DNA of 64,000 nt from Dicyema japonicum. Lineage: Eukaryota > Animalia > Dicyemida. This document shows positions 1 through 13,182 of this stretch, piece after piece (position 1 is the stretch's first letter; each line of letters opens with the position of its first letter). The notes beneath the pieces were generated by a model that saw only the letters and a program-made list of their open reading frames with translations, had not been told where the DNA came from and made no database searches. The position numbers and the translations under genes were made by a program. The DNA lies in assembly GCA_011109175.1 (NCBI GenBank), contig RDEW01000023.1:86257-150256 (forward strand), written 5' to 3'.

Positions 1-189
1 AGCGTCGCAGGCCTTCCTTATTGGTCACCCGTGAAGATAGGAGAAAGTTTGGTTCTTTTCTTCCAAATGCCACCTCGTTGTCGCCGAGCCACATGACATT
101 TCTCAAGATGAATCGAAAATTTGTAGAAAATTTGAGTCATACGTTCAGCGACGATCAATCGAGAATCCTAAGGACGAGTCAGGGAGTTA

Positions 190-1400
190 AAGAACAGATA
201 ATACTTAAAATTCGAATAGATGGACGAGACTATCGAAGGTTCTCTTAGGAACTCCACTATGCAAAGAGTATGGAAGTGGATCAAGAAGAGAAAAGGCGGG
301 TCTATATCCAACCCGACAGCCTCATAAAATATCATACTTATTTCTCCTACAAGGAGTTTTCTAAAGAACACCAAGTATTCCTGAAAAAGATTGAACCGAA
401 ACGCTCCAATTACTGGATCCTCTTTACTAGCTAGAATGTCCACAGAGCCATATCTAAGGCAAAACTCAGAGGCCAAAGGACCAGACAACATAACCGCATG
501 TGAACTGAATCTTCAACCTATCCATCAACATGAACACACTATTGAAATATGAAAGAAGTCTATAATCAAACCTATTCGAAAACCTAACCAATGAACCATC
601 ATCCTATCGCCCAATCTATTTTGAGTCAGATCTCAAGGATCTTCGAAAGGCTTGTTCTGGAAAAAGTACAGGATTCAATCTCAATACCTTCGACCCAGCA
701 CGGATTCTGGGTAACCATTTGTAACCCTCACACAATTTATTGCATGAGAATTTAACTCCCCCAAACTCCATCAGAAGGCAGTACTTATATCTGTGGACAT
801 CACAAAAGCGTTCGACTCAGTCACTAGAAAACTCCTTACAAAGAAAATATTTGAAACCAACATCCATCCGAACTTGAAACTTTGACTTGGAAACTTCTTA
901 AATGGAAGACGAGCACAAGTACTCTACAACAACATCAAATCAAGATCTCGCTACCTTCCAAATGGAGTCCCTCAAGGCTCCCCACTGTCACAACTGTTCA
1001 TCTCTATATTTACTACATGCCACAAACCTGTAATGAAAACTGCCTAATCCTCTCCTATGCAGACGACATCATTCTTACCTTCAAGGACAGAAGCATTCAA
1101 TCACCGACTCAGTTCGCTCTACAAATGCTTGACAAGCTGGAACTATGGCTCTCGAAGCGGAGACACATCAACAACAAAGTTTTCTGTCACGCTGTTTACC
1201 ACTTACAAAAGACAGCTCTATGAACCAAAAATCTTTATGAATAACGAAGCTATTCTTATTAACAAAACATCGAAAATTCTTGGAGTCACCTTTGATTTGG
1301 GACTCACCTTTATCCGAATGTGAGAACTTCTGCTCTGAAAAAATGAGAATTTAAAAGTGCTCTCAAAAACACTTAAATACCAAACTGGGATCCTTGCCAC
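190..1400 (+). mobile_element. Degenerate APE-type LINE (family V), RT fragment
   Basis: RT motifs VDITKAFDSV (about 790-825), GVPQGSPLS, SYADD and KILGVTFD across frameshifted ORFs. Near-identical to 47270-48290, 38425-39364 and the reverse complement of 60968-63511. Confidence 0.9.
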
Positions 1401-1856
1401 TGTTTACTTTTGTGAGGCCTTGTCTTTGGAGCCAATGGAACTAAAGAGAAGAGTTCACAAGTATCAATCCTTAACTCCATAATATTTAATATCTATATAA
1501 TCGACTTTCCACTACCAAACTCACAAGACAAAAGAGGGATATACTTATCAGACAACTATGGTGCAACAGTTCACCACCTCAACCAATTAAACAATGGCAG
1601 GTCTTAAAAAATTCAACATCATTTCATTCATTTCAGAGAATGTTTAAATGTAATATTTATGTTTTTTATTTTGTAAAAGCTTCAAAATGAAGATTTTAAA
1701 ATGAAATTTACAAGTTATGAGAAAAATCATAATTGTGGAAATCTCTGAATGCTTGTACCAATTTGGAATATATGGACATTCTTTATAGTGATCCCTGATT
1801 TAAGGATTGTTGTTGTAGCTGTCGAAAGGATAGTTTTCTTCTGAAAAGAGGGGACC

Positions 1857-1980
1857 AAAAGGACCGGGGTAATAAGCTTCCGCTCTTGGCTGTGACGTTT
1901 TTTCACTCAAAAGGACCGGGGTAATAAGCTTCCGCTCTTGGCTGTGACGTTTTTTCACTCAAAAGGACCGGGGTAATAAG
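1857..1980 (+). repeat. 52-bp tandem repeat, about 2.4 copies
   Basis: Unit aaaaggaccggggtaataagcttccgctcttggctgtgacgttttttcactc at 1857 and 1909; partial third copy at 1961. Confidence 0.97.
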
Positions 1981-2399
1981 TTTATCTACACGTCATGTGC
2001 TTCTCCTTCAGGTTGTGACGTTTGGAGATTTCACTAATGATTATCCAATGATGATGAACCAGAGTTGTCTACCATAAACTCTCACAATCCTCTTTATCAA
2101 ATCTGATGATATTAAAGTAAATCCTGGCCCATCCTCTTTTATGCTAACCAAATACTTTCATTGGTCGGGAGCATATCAAGGACACCTAATAACCCACCAT
2201 ATCACGAAAATGGTGAAAAGTATTTAAGATGTGAGAAAAACACTGTCTATCTAAATTACAATCTCAATGAGAACATGGAAATAAGTCCTCGAGTTATTAA
2301 ATCGGAAAACAATAAATATATTGTTTTCAGATTAATCAATCTGATGGTGAATATGAACATGGATATTTTCACAAGATAGATGGAGGTGTTCGTTCCATC

Positions 2400-3700
2400 G
2401 CTGTTTGAAATATTTTCAGAACTTTATGGCTTAAAATTTTTGAAAAACTCGTATGCGTCCACTTTAGCGAAGCGATGTATCCTACTCAACTGGCAGTTGA
2501 TGTTCTTCAGGGTTCGACGTAACCAACGTCTTTAACTCTCTAAAAAGAGGTCGAATAGACGCTCCGGAGATTAGTATGAAATCAAGAAATCATCAATAAA
2601 TTTAGAGTAGACGAAGCCAATGAATGATCACGGTATCTCTCCTTATTTTAGTTCAGGGATGAAGCCATTGGTGATCCCAATGTCTCTCAGTAGATCCTCA
2701 TAGACAGGGAAGGTGTAGAATTCGTCAATCTCCTATTTTAAGTAAATAATTAAGTGCATAGCTTCTCAGCACATGTAGTCAAACGATTAAAATCCAGAAA
2801 TCTGCTTAAGCGGTTTAACAGATCTTCTAAACATCCAGCAATTGAATATAAAGATCTTTGGAAGCAATATTTTTTATGGATTCAAGGAGCAAATGAGTCA
2901 AGATAGGTTGAACAAGATCGTCGACAAATAGATCCTTGTGGGATTCCGTTTTGTAGAAATTTAATGATAGACCTATTTTTCTGATAAACTTAATAATATC
3001 TTAGGTTCGGTTAGATATCAAAGATTTTACTTATTAATATCTTTCTTTAGACTAAAACACCTTTTTATGTTAATAAAGCATACTATGGAGTTATGATGCC
3101 TAGGTCATCACTGATGACTCATCAGATATGAATTTTGATAACCAAGTGAGGTGACTTGTATTGGAGAAACCCTTCTTGAATCCGTCCTGGAAGGATATTG
3201 CTGGCAAGTACTGTTGAATGAGTTTTAGAAAAAGTGATATAAATCTGTGTGATGAATGAGATCCTCTGGTCTTTCAGGCATTAGGATTGGTCATACATCT
3301 CTGCAATTTCCAGACGGTTGGAATAAAGCTCTGGTTAATGAATATATTAAAATTTGAGTTATTATTCTTATCGCATAATGGACTATTGTGTGGAAACAAC
3401 ACATGTTTCATCCAGTTTGGGTTTATGGGAACAATGGTGACCCAATGGTTTTCTGTATCATGCTGTTTGTGAAGTATTTCATAATTTAGTGGAGATTATT
3501 TCGGTCTTCTAATCTGTCACATGTCAGCAGCTTATTATTTCATTTAAGAGTCTTCCACGTCAGTGAGAGAACACCTTATTATTCAGGGAGGTCTTAAGTC
3601 TTTACAATCATCTTCCGCTTCTTACAGACTTTTTTAGTATCTCATGTTCCAGAGCTCGGTTGTTCTTCCCTGATTATTGACTTGGTAAACTTTGTCTATG
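2400..3700 (-). mobile_element. Highly decayed LINE RT remnant
   Basis: Minus strand near 2900-2950 reads GIPQGSI..LFNL across frames. No long ORF; boundaries approximate. Confidence 0.45.
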
Positions 3701-3793
3701 ATCAGAGTAGTCCGAGCTTCGAGGAGTACGTTAGTTCTTATTAACTTTAGTCTACCAAACTAAATAAATTTGTTATAAAGTAAATTAATTAGT

Positions 3794-5356
3794 TTAAAGA
3801 GGCATGGATGTCTTTTTATCCGAATTTTGAACCGCCCATGGTTGAATTGTGCCTTTGCAGCAAAAGTGGAACGAAGCCCATCCGATAATGTTGACTACTA
3901 GAGCTAAAGTATAGACGTATTGCCATTCACGTGGTTTGTGCTAACATAATAAAACAATTTACAGTATCTGAAACAAAAATGAATGCAGTTTCAGTAGATA
4001 TGAGTCCTGAAAAAGCTCCTAATGTGTTGATGATCCCCGAAATAATGCCAAAGTATTGTGGGGCCACATCCCCAATATTAGGGATAGTCGCTGCAATGAA
4101 AATCCCAGAAGTGAAACAGGAAAGTAGAACGAGTACAATCCCATAACCGAACTTTTCAGGGGGAACAATGGTAGACAGTAATAGGAATACTGCAGTGGGA
4201 ATCATACCCGTCTTAGTTTAAAAATTATTACCGATTCCGTTAAAGAACTTTTTAATTTTGAGTTTGTCCGTTTTGAATTTGGCGTGGACAATATCTCCGA
4301 TTATACTACAGGTTGTTCCTCCCATCCACGTTAGAAGGGGGGTCAAAAATGTGATGTAAACTTGCTGTCCTTCAATTTACACGGAAATACATCTTTGACT
4401 TGGACATAATATATATCCGCAATGTATGAGGGAATAATTGTGGCCATCAAAAACAAATTCCATGCCGCGGATAGCTGGGAACCAAAAATAGCGAGAAATG
4501 CTTTCGACGTAAACATAGCTTTCCAGGGAACAGTCTAAAGTTTATTTTATGATTACTTTGAGATCAGTCACCTGCTTCCTTTCGATTCTCTCTTTTAACA
4601 ATTGTTTTTCCTCATCTTTGATAAACCTGTTTTTTTGAGGATCATCGCTCATCAAAATTTGCCAAAAAATTAGCCAAATGAATCCAAATATTCCTTAAAT
4701 AATCTCAATGATAAACCAAATAAGTAAAATGACACCTTCCATAAACTCTGAAGGTATGCCAGTCCAGATGAGATTATTAACGCGACAATTGTTCCAAAGT
4801 AGGTCCCTTAAAGATAATTGATCACTAAACCTGGAAATATTAACCCAATGGCAGACGTGCGAGTATCAGGAGTATACCAATTTGCCATGATCACTGAAAA
4901 ACAGGGGAAGAATACTCCCTTCTGTCAAAAAAGACTCTACCTGTGCAACACCGCTTATCACTCTCAGGACAACGACATAATATGGAGATGCCTCGAAACA
5001 AATTGGAGTTAAAACCGTCAAAATTGAAGATAGTAAAATAGATATTGCAAGAGTAATCTTTGCTCCATACCTTTCTGCGGACATTCCACCAAGTATCTGA
5101 GTGAAACAATATCCTGCATAGAAGGACATCAATACCACTGATTTTTGAGACCGAGTCCAATAAAATAACTACTAATAACTATCTTATTTCTACCCTTGGT
5201 TCATTCTTGTTGATTGAGACAATCTGGGCGACTACAACATTTATGGTCTGTCTCTGCATGTATGTGATTGCGAGACAGAAGAATGTAGCAACTCCTACCA
5301 TTACTCGTCCTCTCACTGATACTGCTTCTAAAATGATTATTTTAATTACTTTCCAT
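3794..5356 (-). CDS. SLC17/sialin-like MFS anion transporter, about 9 micro-introns
   Basis: Spliced translation MEKAVSVRGRVM..ITYMQRQTINV..LFYWTRSQK..FYAGYCFTQILGG..VPWKAMF..KFFNGIGMIPTAVFL..DVAPQYFGIISGIINT..REWQYVY..IQPWA*. Introns are 22-26 nt; one appears to be GT-GG (4208-4231). Confidence 0.92.
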
Positions 5357-5685
5357 TTAATTACCTTTGCATTATCTACTATTTATAGCAGTCTTAATTG
5401 TTTACAACACGCCCAAATAAACACATTTTCCACATTTCCACCATAACCAGGAATAACGGACACAACCGTCGACAGGACTCGAATCAGAATTTTAAGTTTT
5501 GAAGGAAAATTGAAAATGTTAATGATTATTGTTGGACTATAAATATCTGAATGAAGAATTATGTGGTTTGTTCAAAATAAATGGAAATCATAAAATAAAC
5601 ACTAAACGACATGGATATCATAAATTATTCAAATTTAATTCAATTTAACCAAGTTTGATCACTAATCACGGATTTTCAATAAATA

Positions 5686-5926
5686 AAATTATTCCAAAGA
5701 CAAAGGGTAAAAACAAACTAACAAAGTCCTTCATTCTGACGCGTTCTAGTGATTCCAGAACTCGTCTCTAGGTAACGAAATTGTCTCCCATGGAATAATA
5801 GTTGAATCATTTTGAACACCAGCTAGGCATTGGGCGTCTCCTTAGTAAGGTGGATACAATGACACCATCAGGGGGAAGGAAGATAAATTTTTAACCAATC
5901 GACCACACCACATGGCTCCACGTGGA
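5686..5926 (-). mobile_element. SINE-like repeat, family B (structured core, tail ending ...gtctttggaataa)
   Basis: Reverse complement aligns over about 240 bp with 27068-27295; tail also present at 21165-21245. Confidence 0.85.
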
Positions 5927-6859
5927 TGAAATAAATTGATAAATTGTTTACGTGGTTTAAAAAATAAAAATTATTATTGTTTATTGCTAGATTATTCAGA
6001 ATTTTCATATTTGAAGGAATTCCAAGTTCACTCATTGTTCTCTACATTGTAAAATAATTTCCAGTCCTCTTGGATCTGTAGGAATCTAAAATAATAATTT
6101 TCCTCGACAAACTCTATAGTAATGTATTTATCATACTTGTCTATTCTACATGAGAGAAACCAGTAGAAAGGATAGTAGGAAGTACTCCACAAGCACAATA
6201 AATTTAGTTTGTAATCATAAAATGATAACTGAAATATTTATGTGGTTTGATAGTTATCTATTGTATAATAATGATAATGGACTGGACACAGGGATCACTT
6301 AATTAGGGTTAATAAAATTAAAAAATAATTCAATTTTGGTGTACTCATTTGAACTTAAAGAATAAAAATTACTATGAAGCATTTTTTCATATTAAACTGT
6401 TTTTTCAATTATTGTTCTACGCAATCAGAAAAACATGAATTTTCGATCCTATCATAGTTGAGGTTTTTTAACATTGAATACATGGAAAATGAAACATTAA
6501 TGTAAATTTTTTAGAAGATTCAGAAAATAGTGAACAAGAATGTAAAAAATAAGACCTTTAGACAAAATGAATATTACAGTTAGATTAATTGTAATAGAGG
6601 GAACTCTCAGCTAATGTTGAGAATGAGATTACTCTATAATTCCTTTAATAAGAAAGTACAAAACAAGTAAAGCAAAGAAAAAGTTAGGAATTAAATATTA
6701 TTTTAATAAACTTAAATACGATTTTGTTCATATAAGGCATTTTTATAAAAATTCTTTGTTCATTGTTCTTCTAAATTATTGATTTTAGTTTTTAAGATTA
6801 GCCACAAAATTCTAAAAAACCAAAAATGGCCGATTTTTGAGAGTCGACTGTATAATAAA

Positions 6860-7304
6860 AATATTGGTAAGCGACTTGTGACACCCAAAGTTTATCAAAT
6901 GTAGAATAATGGACCACCTACATAAAAGTTGATAGGGGATTCTTAATGTTTTTGTTTATCTCCAAATGGAAGAATACAAACCCTTATTTTTTGAATGACT
7001 TGTTCTGCTTTCGTTTGTCAGCACTGAAGACAGAGTTAATTTATAAAATAGTAATGACTTTTCAGAAATCTTCGACTGAGTGGTTAGAATGGACTATTCT
7101 GAGTCATAATAAAAGTGGTAGTAATTGAGAGAGTGCTATTTGTAGAGTGAGGGATTGTAGAGGTATAGTGATTTCAAAATCGAGTGAGACAAAATGAGAT
7201 CTAATCAAAGTTGTATATCTAAGTACATTGGCATACTCTATTTGGTAGATTCTCCCCCTGAGAGTTGTTAACACCGCGGTTGTATTCTCTTTGAAACTAC
7301 GCAT
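6860..7304 (-). pseudogene. Decayed proteasome alpha-5-like fragment
   Basis: EYNRGVN..GRIYQIEYA across frameshifts resembles the PSMA5 N-terminus [21 protein letters not shown]. Downstream similarity is weak. Confidence 0.45.
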
Positions 7305-7896
7305 TTCTAGTATTTAATAGAATATAACTTGAGAATTATGATTGAAATCGCTTTTCTATATAAGACACATCTGCGTCCTATTTAATAGCCTGACTGAGGA
7401 AGAGAACAAACTTGTCAGGCCAGTCAGGGAGATATTCAAATCAGGATGTGTAACTTCCTAGACCAGCAAATGGATGGTTAACAAGAAAAGGGGGTACCGG
7501 AATGAACAGTCCAGGCCAACTGGAGGACTGGAGTACCAATTCCGTAACCTATTGTTTAATTAATTTTTCATTAATTTTTCTACAATTTAGTGAGGGCGGG
7601 TTACTTAACTAATTAAATTAATTATACAAGAACAGAAGAACAAAAGACATTTTTATTTAAAGAATCACCGAAAAAACAAATGAGAGTAGGGGCTGTCAGG
7701 TGATTCCGTCCTCCTTGAAAAGTTGCCTCATTTTTTTCGGTGTTTTTCCCGAGTGCCGACACACTTCCGGTGTGGACGAATGCCTTTTTGGAGGTTTAGA
7801 GGTTTTAGGAAATACAATGATAAAAAATTGCCTTAAACGAAAGAGGTATCAAGGGTGTTTCAGTGATTTCTTCCATATTTGATTTAAGTTTAATGA

Positions 7897-8206
7897 GCCG
7901 CGTGGCGCCATGTGGTGCTGCGTGGTTAATTGATTGAAGTTTTCTACTTGCTTGTCTGTTCCTCCTCTCTCTTCCTATTAGAGTGGCGTCATGTGATCCA
8001 CTTGTCTAGGTGACGCCTAGTGCCAGGTTGGCACGAAAAGGGATCATTTGCTCCTCCCCACTCCACTGGAGGGGTTTCCACAACTGCATGTAATGGACGT
8101 CTTACCTTTTATGCTGATTCCGGATGGACTCTGTAGAAGTGGAAACTGGATACACTTAATTAGTTGTTTACTTTAACTTCTTTCTCGGTGTATCCGGGGT
8201 TAATAA
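7897..8206 (+). mobile_element. SINE-like repeat, family A (hairpin head, structured core, tail ending ccggggttaataa)
   Basis: Reverse-complement copy at 14787-15096; 3' fragment at 31217-31320. Confidence 0.9.
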
Positions 8207-8488
8207 ATTAAATTAAATTCCATATTAACGGAATATTGCTCTCGTGTTATTTTCACTATCACTGAAGGTCCCAGGTGCTTCAGTTCGGGAAAAGAGACGA
8301 CGAGTTATTAATTTTCCTTGGTCACTGAATGCACCCTAAAGTGGTCGAAAATGTTATGTTGGGGGACTTCCTGAATCCACTATGTTATGACTACAAAATT
8401 AAATGAAATTAATTGTAATATAATTTTAGTACCAAATTAATAGGTTTATTAAATAAATAAAATAAATTAATAGATTAGTAACCAAGTA

Positions 8489-9827
8489 ATGTTTGTACAA
8501 TATTTGGACTCTACTCAAGTCGATAATATCAAAAAATACAAGGTGAGTTACAACATATTTGTAGTACAGTGGAGTAGACACCAGTCCTTTCTCAAAATAC
8601 ATTACCCGTCCATTTTGGAGTTGGTTGGTCAGGGTTGGTTTGTTATCATATGTTAGACTTACATTCCTGTTTGGTTATCCCCAAATTTGCTCACCATTTC
8701 CAGTTTGGGGGTACTTATGTTTGCATACTTTGTTATTGACATGTATGACTATAACTTTTGCACGTGCACATACAAATCTGTGTTATTCGTTGCTATTCCT
8801 GCATGGGTTTGGATTATCACGTCAATATGTGTATTTTTATCCCACACTCTTGGTCTACCTTGTATAAGGACATATAGATGGAACTGACGGAATGCAGGCG
8901 AGGAAGCTTGGGATTACCTCCCCAATGGGGGAACTACTTGATCATGGATGTGATAGCTTCTCTGCCTATTTAATCTCAGTCTTTATATTTTCCTCTCTCT
9001 ATTCGTGTGGGCCTGGAGGAATTGGCATTCTTAGGGTTGTTGTTAATATTGGGAGTATTCTTACCCTATTCTATATCTCACATTGGGAGAAATACATTAC
9101 AGGAACTCTTTTCCTTCCATGGGGTTACGATCCAATGTTCGTGGTTGTTATGCCTTACTATTTCAGTTTATTTCTCTTTTTATGCTTTTCATGCCCTTAT
9201 TACAACCTATTCCTATGTTTACTCCATTCATTTGGGGGTTCTCTATTTTGGATACTTTAGAGTTGGTCTACCAGTGTTGTAATGTGTCATTTACGTTTAG
9301 TTTGTGTGTGGGGTATCTCAACGCCTGTTTGTATAATGAACATATACAAATCGTACTCTGAAGGGACTGGGAAGATGAAACCCTTCTGGAGGCCATTCGA
9401 CCAGTTTGGGTCATTATCTCCTTTAATATTATATTTTATATTTTTTTGTCTTTTGAGTCTCCATTCCGTAATCCAAAGTACGTCATATGGCTGTATGGAA
9501 TTGTATCCTCCAATATTGCTGTCATATTGCTTGTGATTTGTAGTGTCGTCTGATTGTAGCACAAATGACTGATTCTCAGTCTCCCATATTCAATCTCTTC
9601 TTCGTCCCAATCATCTCATTCGTTGGTGTTCTTGTATTATACCATTCTCTCTTAGTATCATCACTATTGGTGGAGAACATATTTTTGGTTATGGTCTGGG
9701 TTATCTCTATTTTACATGTACATTACTTTGTAAGTGTGGTTTTAATTTGCCTGATCCATAGATTTACCAATTATGCCATGTACTCAATATTCAATTTTCA
9801 AAGTTCCCAATAATATTATTATTCTAA
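8489..9827 (+). CDS. SELENOI: Ethanolaminephosphotransferase 1 (EPT1/SELENOI-like CDP-alcohol phosphotransferase), micro-introns, one apparent 1-nt deletion
   Basis: KYKYSGVD, WLSPNLLT, DGTDGMQAR..GELLDHGCD and SHWEKYITGTLFLPWGYD (EPT1-type). A -1 frame change near 9385 is needed to reach EAIRP..GIVSSNIA|CRLIVAQM. The 3' end is uncertain. Confidence 0.88.
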
Positions 9828-9942
9828 CACAATAAAGTCATCTTTTTTGTTTTTAAGGACTAATCGTCCAGACCCCGTTGAGATAACATTTGGGAAAACT
9901 GATAGTCAAAATAATTAACAAAAATAGAGATTAATAAATAGG

Positions 9943-11280
9943 TTAAGGTTTAGTCAAAATAATATCCATGTATTCAATCACACGTGGGTCATGCAGAATA
10001 TCCCTATGACCAGTATTCGAGAACTCTTTTACTTCCGCCCATGGATGTTTTCTCCCACACTCCCTCAGACTTGATATTCTCACAGTTCCATCCCCATCCA
10101 CGTACCCAATCTTTGGGGACGACGGAAACTTCTCCCATGTGTCATATCTGGTTCATAAACCCCCTAACCTGAAGGAATCAATCGTCTGGACCCCCCGCGA
10201 GTAAATACAGTAAAGTTCGACATCTTCAGGAACACGGAGACCAACCAAAAAGTCTTTGTACATCTCCCACATTTCCAACATATCCCCGACATCCCCACCA
10301 AGTCTCTTACATCACGGAAACTCTTACTTTTACGATTAAGTCTAAATCACGAAGACTGTAGTCCACTCCCTCCACCCAAACAGGACTCCCTGAGGTAGGG
10401 AGTAGGGCGAACGAACTGGGAAAGGTGCGTATGGTATCACGAAAAATAGGACTCTCATCCAAGTGCACATTAAAATCAACGCCCACGAGGATGCCGGCCA
10501 GGCTTATTATGGAGCCATTATAAGGCCCGGAAACGCTAATAAACCGTTTGATGTATTTTTCCCGCCACAAAAGAGGCCGAGATTGCAGAAAGTGAGTCGT
10601 AACCAAGCAACCATAACTGTGGGCTAGGAGAGTCACAGGAATGCCAGAAATTTCGAACCTCTGCTCAATCAGAGTCAGCAGGTCCTCAAACAAGGTCCCA
10701 AAGTCGTCTACTTTAGAAATCAACCCAACTGAGGCCCATTCGGAAGTCAAATGGGATGCCGAAAAGGTTCTCGTTTCTCTTGTACGGAAGGGCAGACGAT
10801 TTAGAAGTCAGATGGGAGATAATACTGGAGAAATACCCGGTGAACTTGGAAACTATGTATTAAGAAGACAAATAACTAGGATATGAGTCGTCGAGGTGCT
10901 CAACGGACGACGGATCCCCGAAGGACCGGTTTTCACACTCACTCCGGTTTGGTTTACCGGGGACGAGTCTATCCAACGAAGTCTTGAATTATATACGACC
11001 TCACCTCAGATTGTAGTGGTAGCAGTAATCAAAAATAGGTAAAAAGTCGTAGGGGGAGACCCACAATAGATAATAATCACTGGTTTGGGACTCGCAAAAT
11101 GGGTAGGGTTTAAAGGTTCTGTTCAGTTTCGAATATAGCTTTGATCCTCCGTCACCAGGGACTAAAATTAAAAGTTATTTTACTTAGAAATAAAGGAGAG
11201 AATTTTTGAGGCGAAGATTTAAAAAATAAATGTAGTGCGAATAAATTTATGAGTGCTGCCACGCCCAAAGACAATAGAAC
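9943..11280 (-). CDS. LCAT / lysosomal phospholipase A2 (PLA2G15)-like acyltransferase
   Basis: PGDGGSKL, FGD.SSVEHLD, GIPFDFR, LLAHSYG lipase motif, LYCIYSRGVQT, DGDGTV, HRDIL. Introns 21-24 nt. Two apparent 1-nt deletions (about 10925 and 10327); start codon unresolved. Confidence 0.88.
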
Positions 11281-11374
11281 ATTTTAAATTTTTAAATTAA
11301 CTAATATTTATTAAAAATTTAAAATAATTATTTATTAAAATTTAATTTTGATTGATTAAATTAATTAGTCGGAC

Positions 11375-12750
11375 TACTCCACACAGCCCGCGGCCGAATT
11401 GGACTATATTGAGGAATACCATCACTGACAATCAATTGGGAACACGAAGAATGTGTCAAGGGGTTAAAGAACAGGCAATAATAAACCAGTGCATCAACCA
11501 GAAGAACGAGAATAATTTGGCCACAATGTGGAAATATGTTAAAAAGGCCTTCCATTCAGTAGATCATGACTTTTGTATTGGGTACTCGATAACTCTGCAC
11601 TCCCTTAATGAATTGTGGAATTCGTGAAAACATGATCTCGAAATGGAATTTTAATAACAAAGAAATTGGGGAAATTAAAATAAAGAGAGGGATGCTGCAC
11701 AGTGACTCTGATACCGCAGATCTTCATGCTTGTACCTTCTGAGCAGGATAATAAATGAGAAATAAATGGTTACAACCACGATCCCCTAGTTATGCAACAA
11801 CCACCTGCTGTTTTGGACGACCTGAAAATATTGTCTCGATAAGAAAACATAACGATTATGATGGAGATTAATTATTTCTTTCAAGTCCCTGGAATTTAAA
11901 GAAATGTCTAAAAATCTGTTACTAATGTGCTCACGCTGTGTCTGAAGCTAATTGCTCGACGGAATATGGATATCTTGGTGTGTTAGAGGATAGAAAAAGC
12001 AACGTCTTGAAAAGCCAAGCATTGAAGATAATATTTGATGGGGATAAAAAGAGGACAGTCTGACAAAAACAAGATTAAAGTAACATGTTCAAAGCCATGA
12101 ATGAACACGTGTTATCATTGTATAATTATTACATTGGGCTCATTAATATAGAACCTTGAGAATTTGAGATGATCCACCAAACATAAGGAATATTCTTGTA
12201 CAGAATCGCATTCATTTAAAACCTGGAAACAAGGATAGACTCTATCTGCCAAAAGATTAGCTTGAAAGAGGATTGGTATCATTACCCATAAAAGTGAACG
12301 GATGCTTTTACAATTTTTCCTAGACCTGGAAAAGTCGAATTATTGTTTGGGAAAAACAGGGATTCTACATAAAATCAAAGAAAACACATTTGGCCACAAT
12401 CGTAGAATTCCTCAAGGTGAAGTGGGAACTATGTACGACGATGAGAAGGAGAACAAGAAGTTATCCCTACCAACATAAATATTGATTGGCCACACCAGAA
12501 GGTTTGAGGGAAACTGATATCGATATGGGAATGGTTGACGAAGGATGTGCAATGAGGAAATTCAGACCACTATACAAAGGGAAAATAGAAATGATTTATG
12601 CGGACAATGTCGACCATATTTCCGAAGACTTTTGGAACATCTATTATAAAAAGCACCTAGATACATGGGAAATGGTTTCTTACTATAGAGACAAAACATA
12701 ATGAACAACATTCTCAAAGAGAAACGGCGATACATTAAAAAACTCTGTTT
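11375..12750 (+). mobile_element. Decayed R4-like (REL-endonuclease) non-LTR retrotransposon
   Basis: NQLGTRRMCQGVKEQAIIN, KKAFHSVDH, IKRGML, RLYLPK..RGL. Same family as 15430-16310. Confidence 0.8.
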
Positions 12751-12981
12751 CCTTCAATGAGAAATTGAGGATATTAAATCTTGGCTAATAAGACTATGCA
12801 TAACTAAAGAATTTATGGCTTAAAGTCCTATAAAGTGGAAGGCATAGAGTAAAATTGCAAAAAATCCTTCAAAAGGACTTGAAAACGTAAAAAGAGAATT
12901 GAAATCCACGGATGATCTGGACTCATTAAGAACTACAATTAATATTAGAAGTGTGTGAAGATTAACAATTGCACATGCGAG

Positions 12982-13182
12982 CAGGGGCGTACCAAAACTT
13001 TTTGCTGCCAGGATAATGCGATCAAATATAAACTTGGCTGCTTTGACAATAAAGACCTCAAATATGTATCTTTTTAACTTTGAAAAAGAACGTTCACAAA
13101 TAACATTTGAGTAGTCAGTCTTAAACACGGTACTGTTGCCCAAGACATTAATGTAATGTTGAATTTCTCGAACTGGTACCAA
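12982..13182 (-). mobile_element. hAT transposon 3' remnant with TIR
   Basis: CERSFSKLK dimerisation motif. Terminal caggggcgtac (12982-12992) matches the TIR at 32643-32653. Further hAT-like scraps at 13260-13400 (+) and about 14480-14520 (-). Confidence 0.7.

Noticed and set aside
1857-1980. CRISPR-like appearance of the repeat
   Set aside because: Units are contiguous with no unique spacers, there are no cas genes, and the context is eukaryotic.
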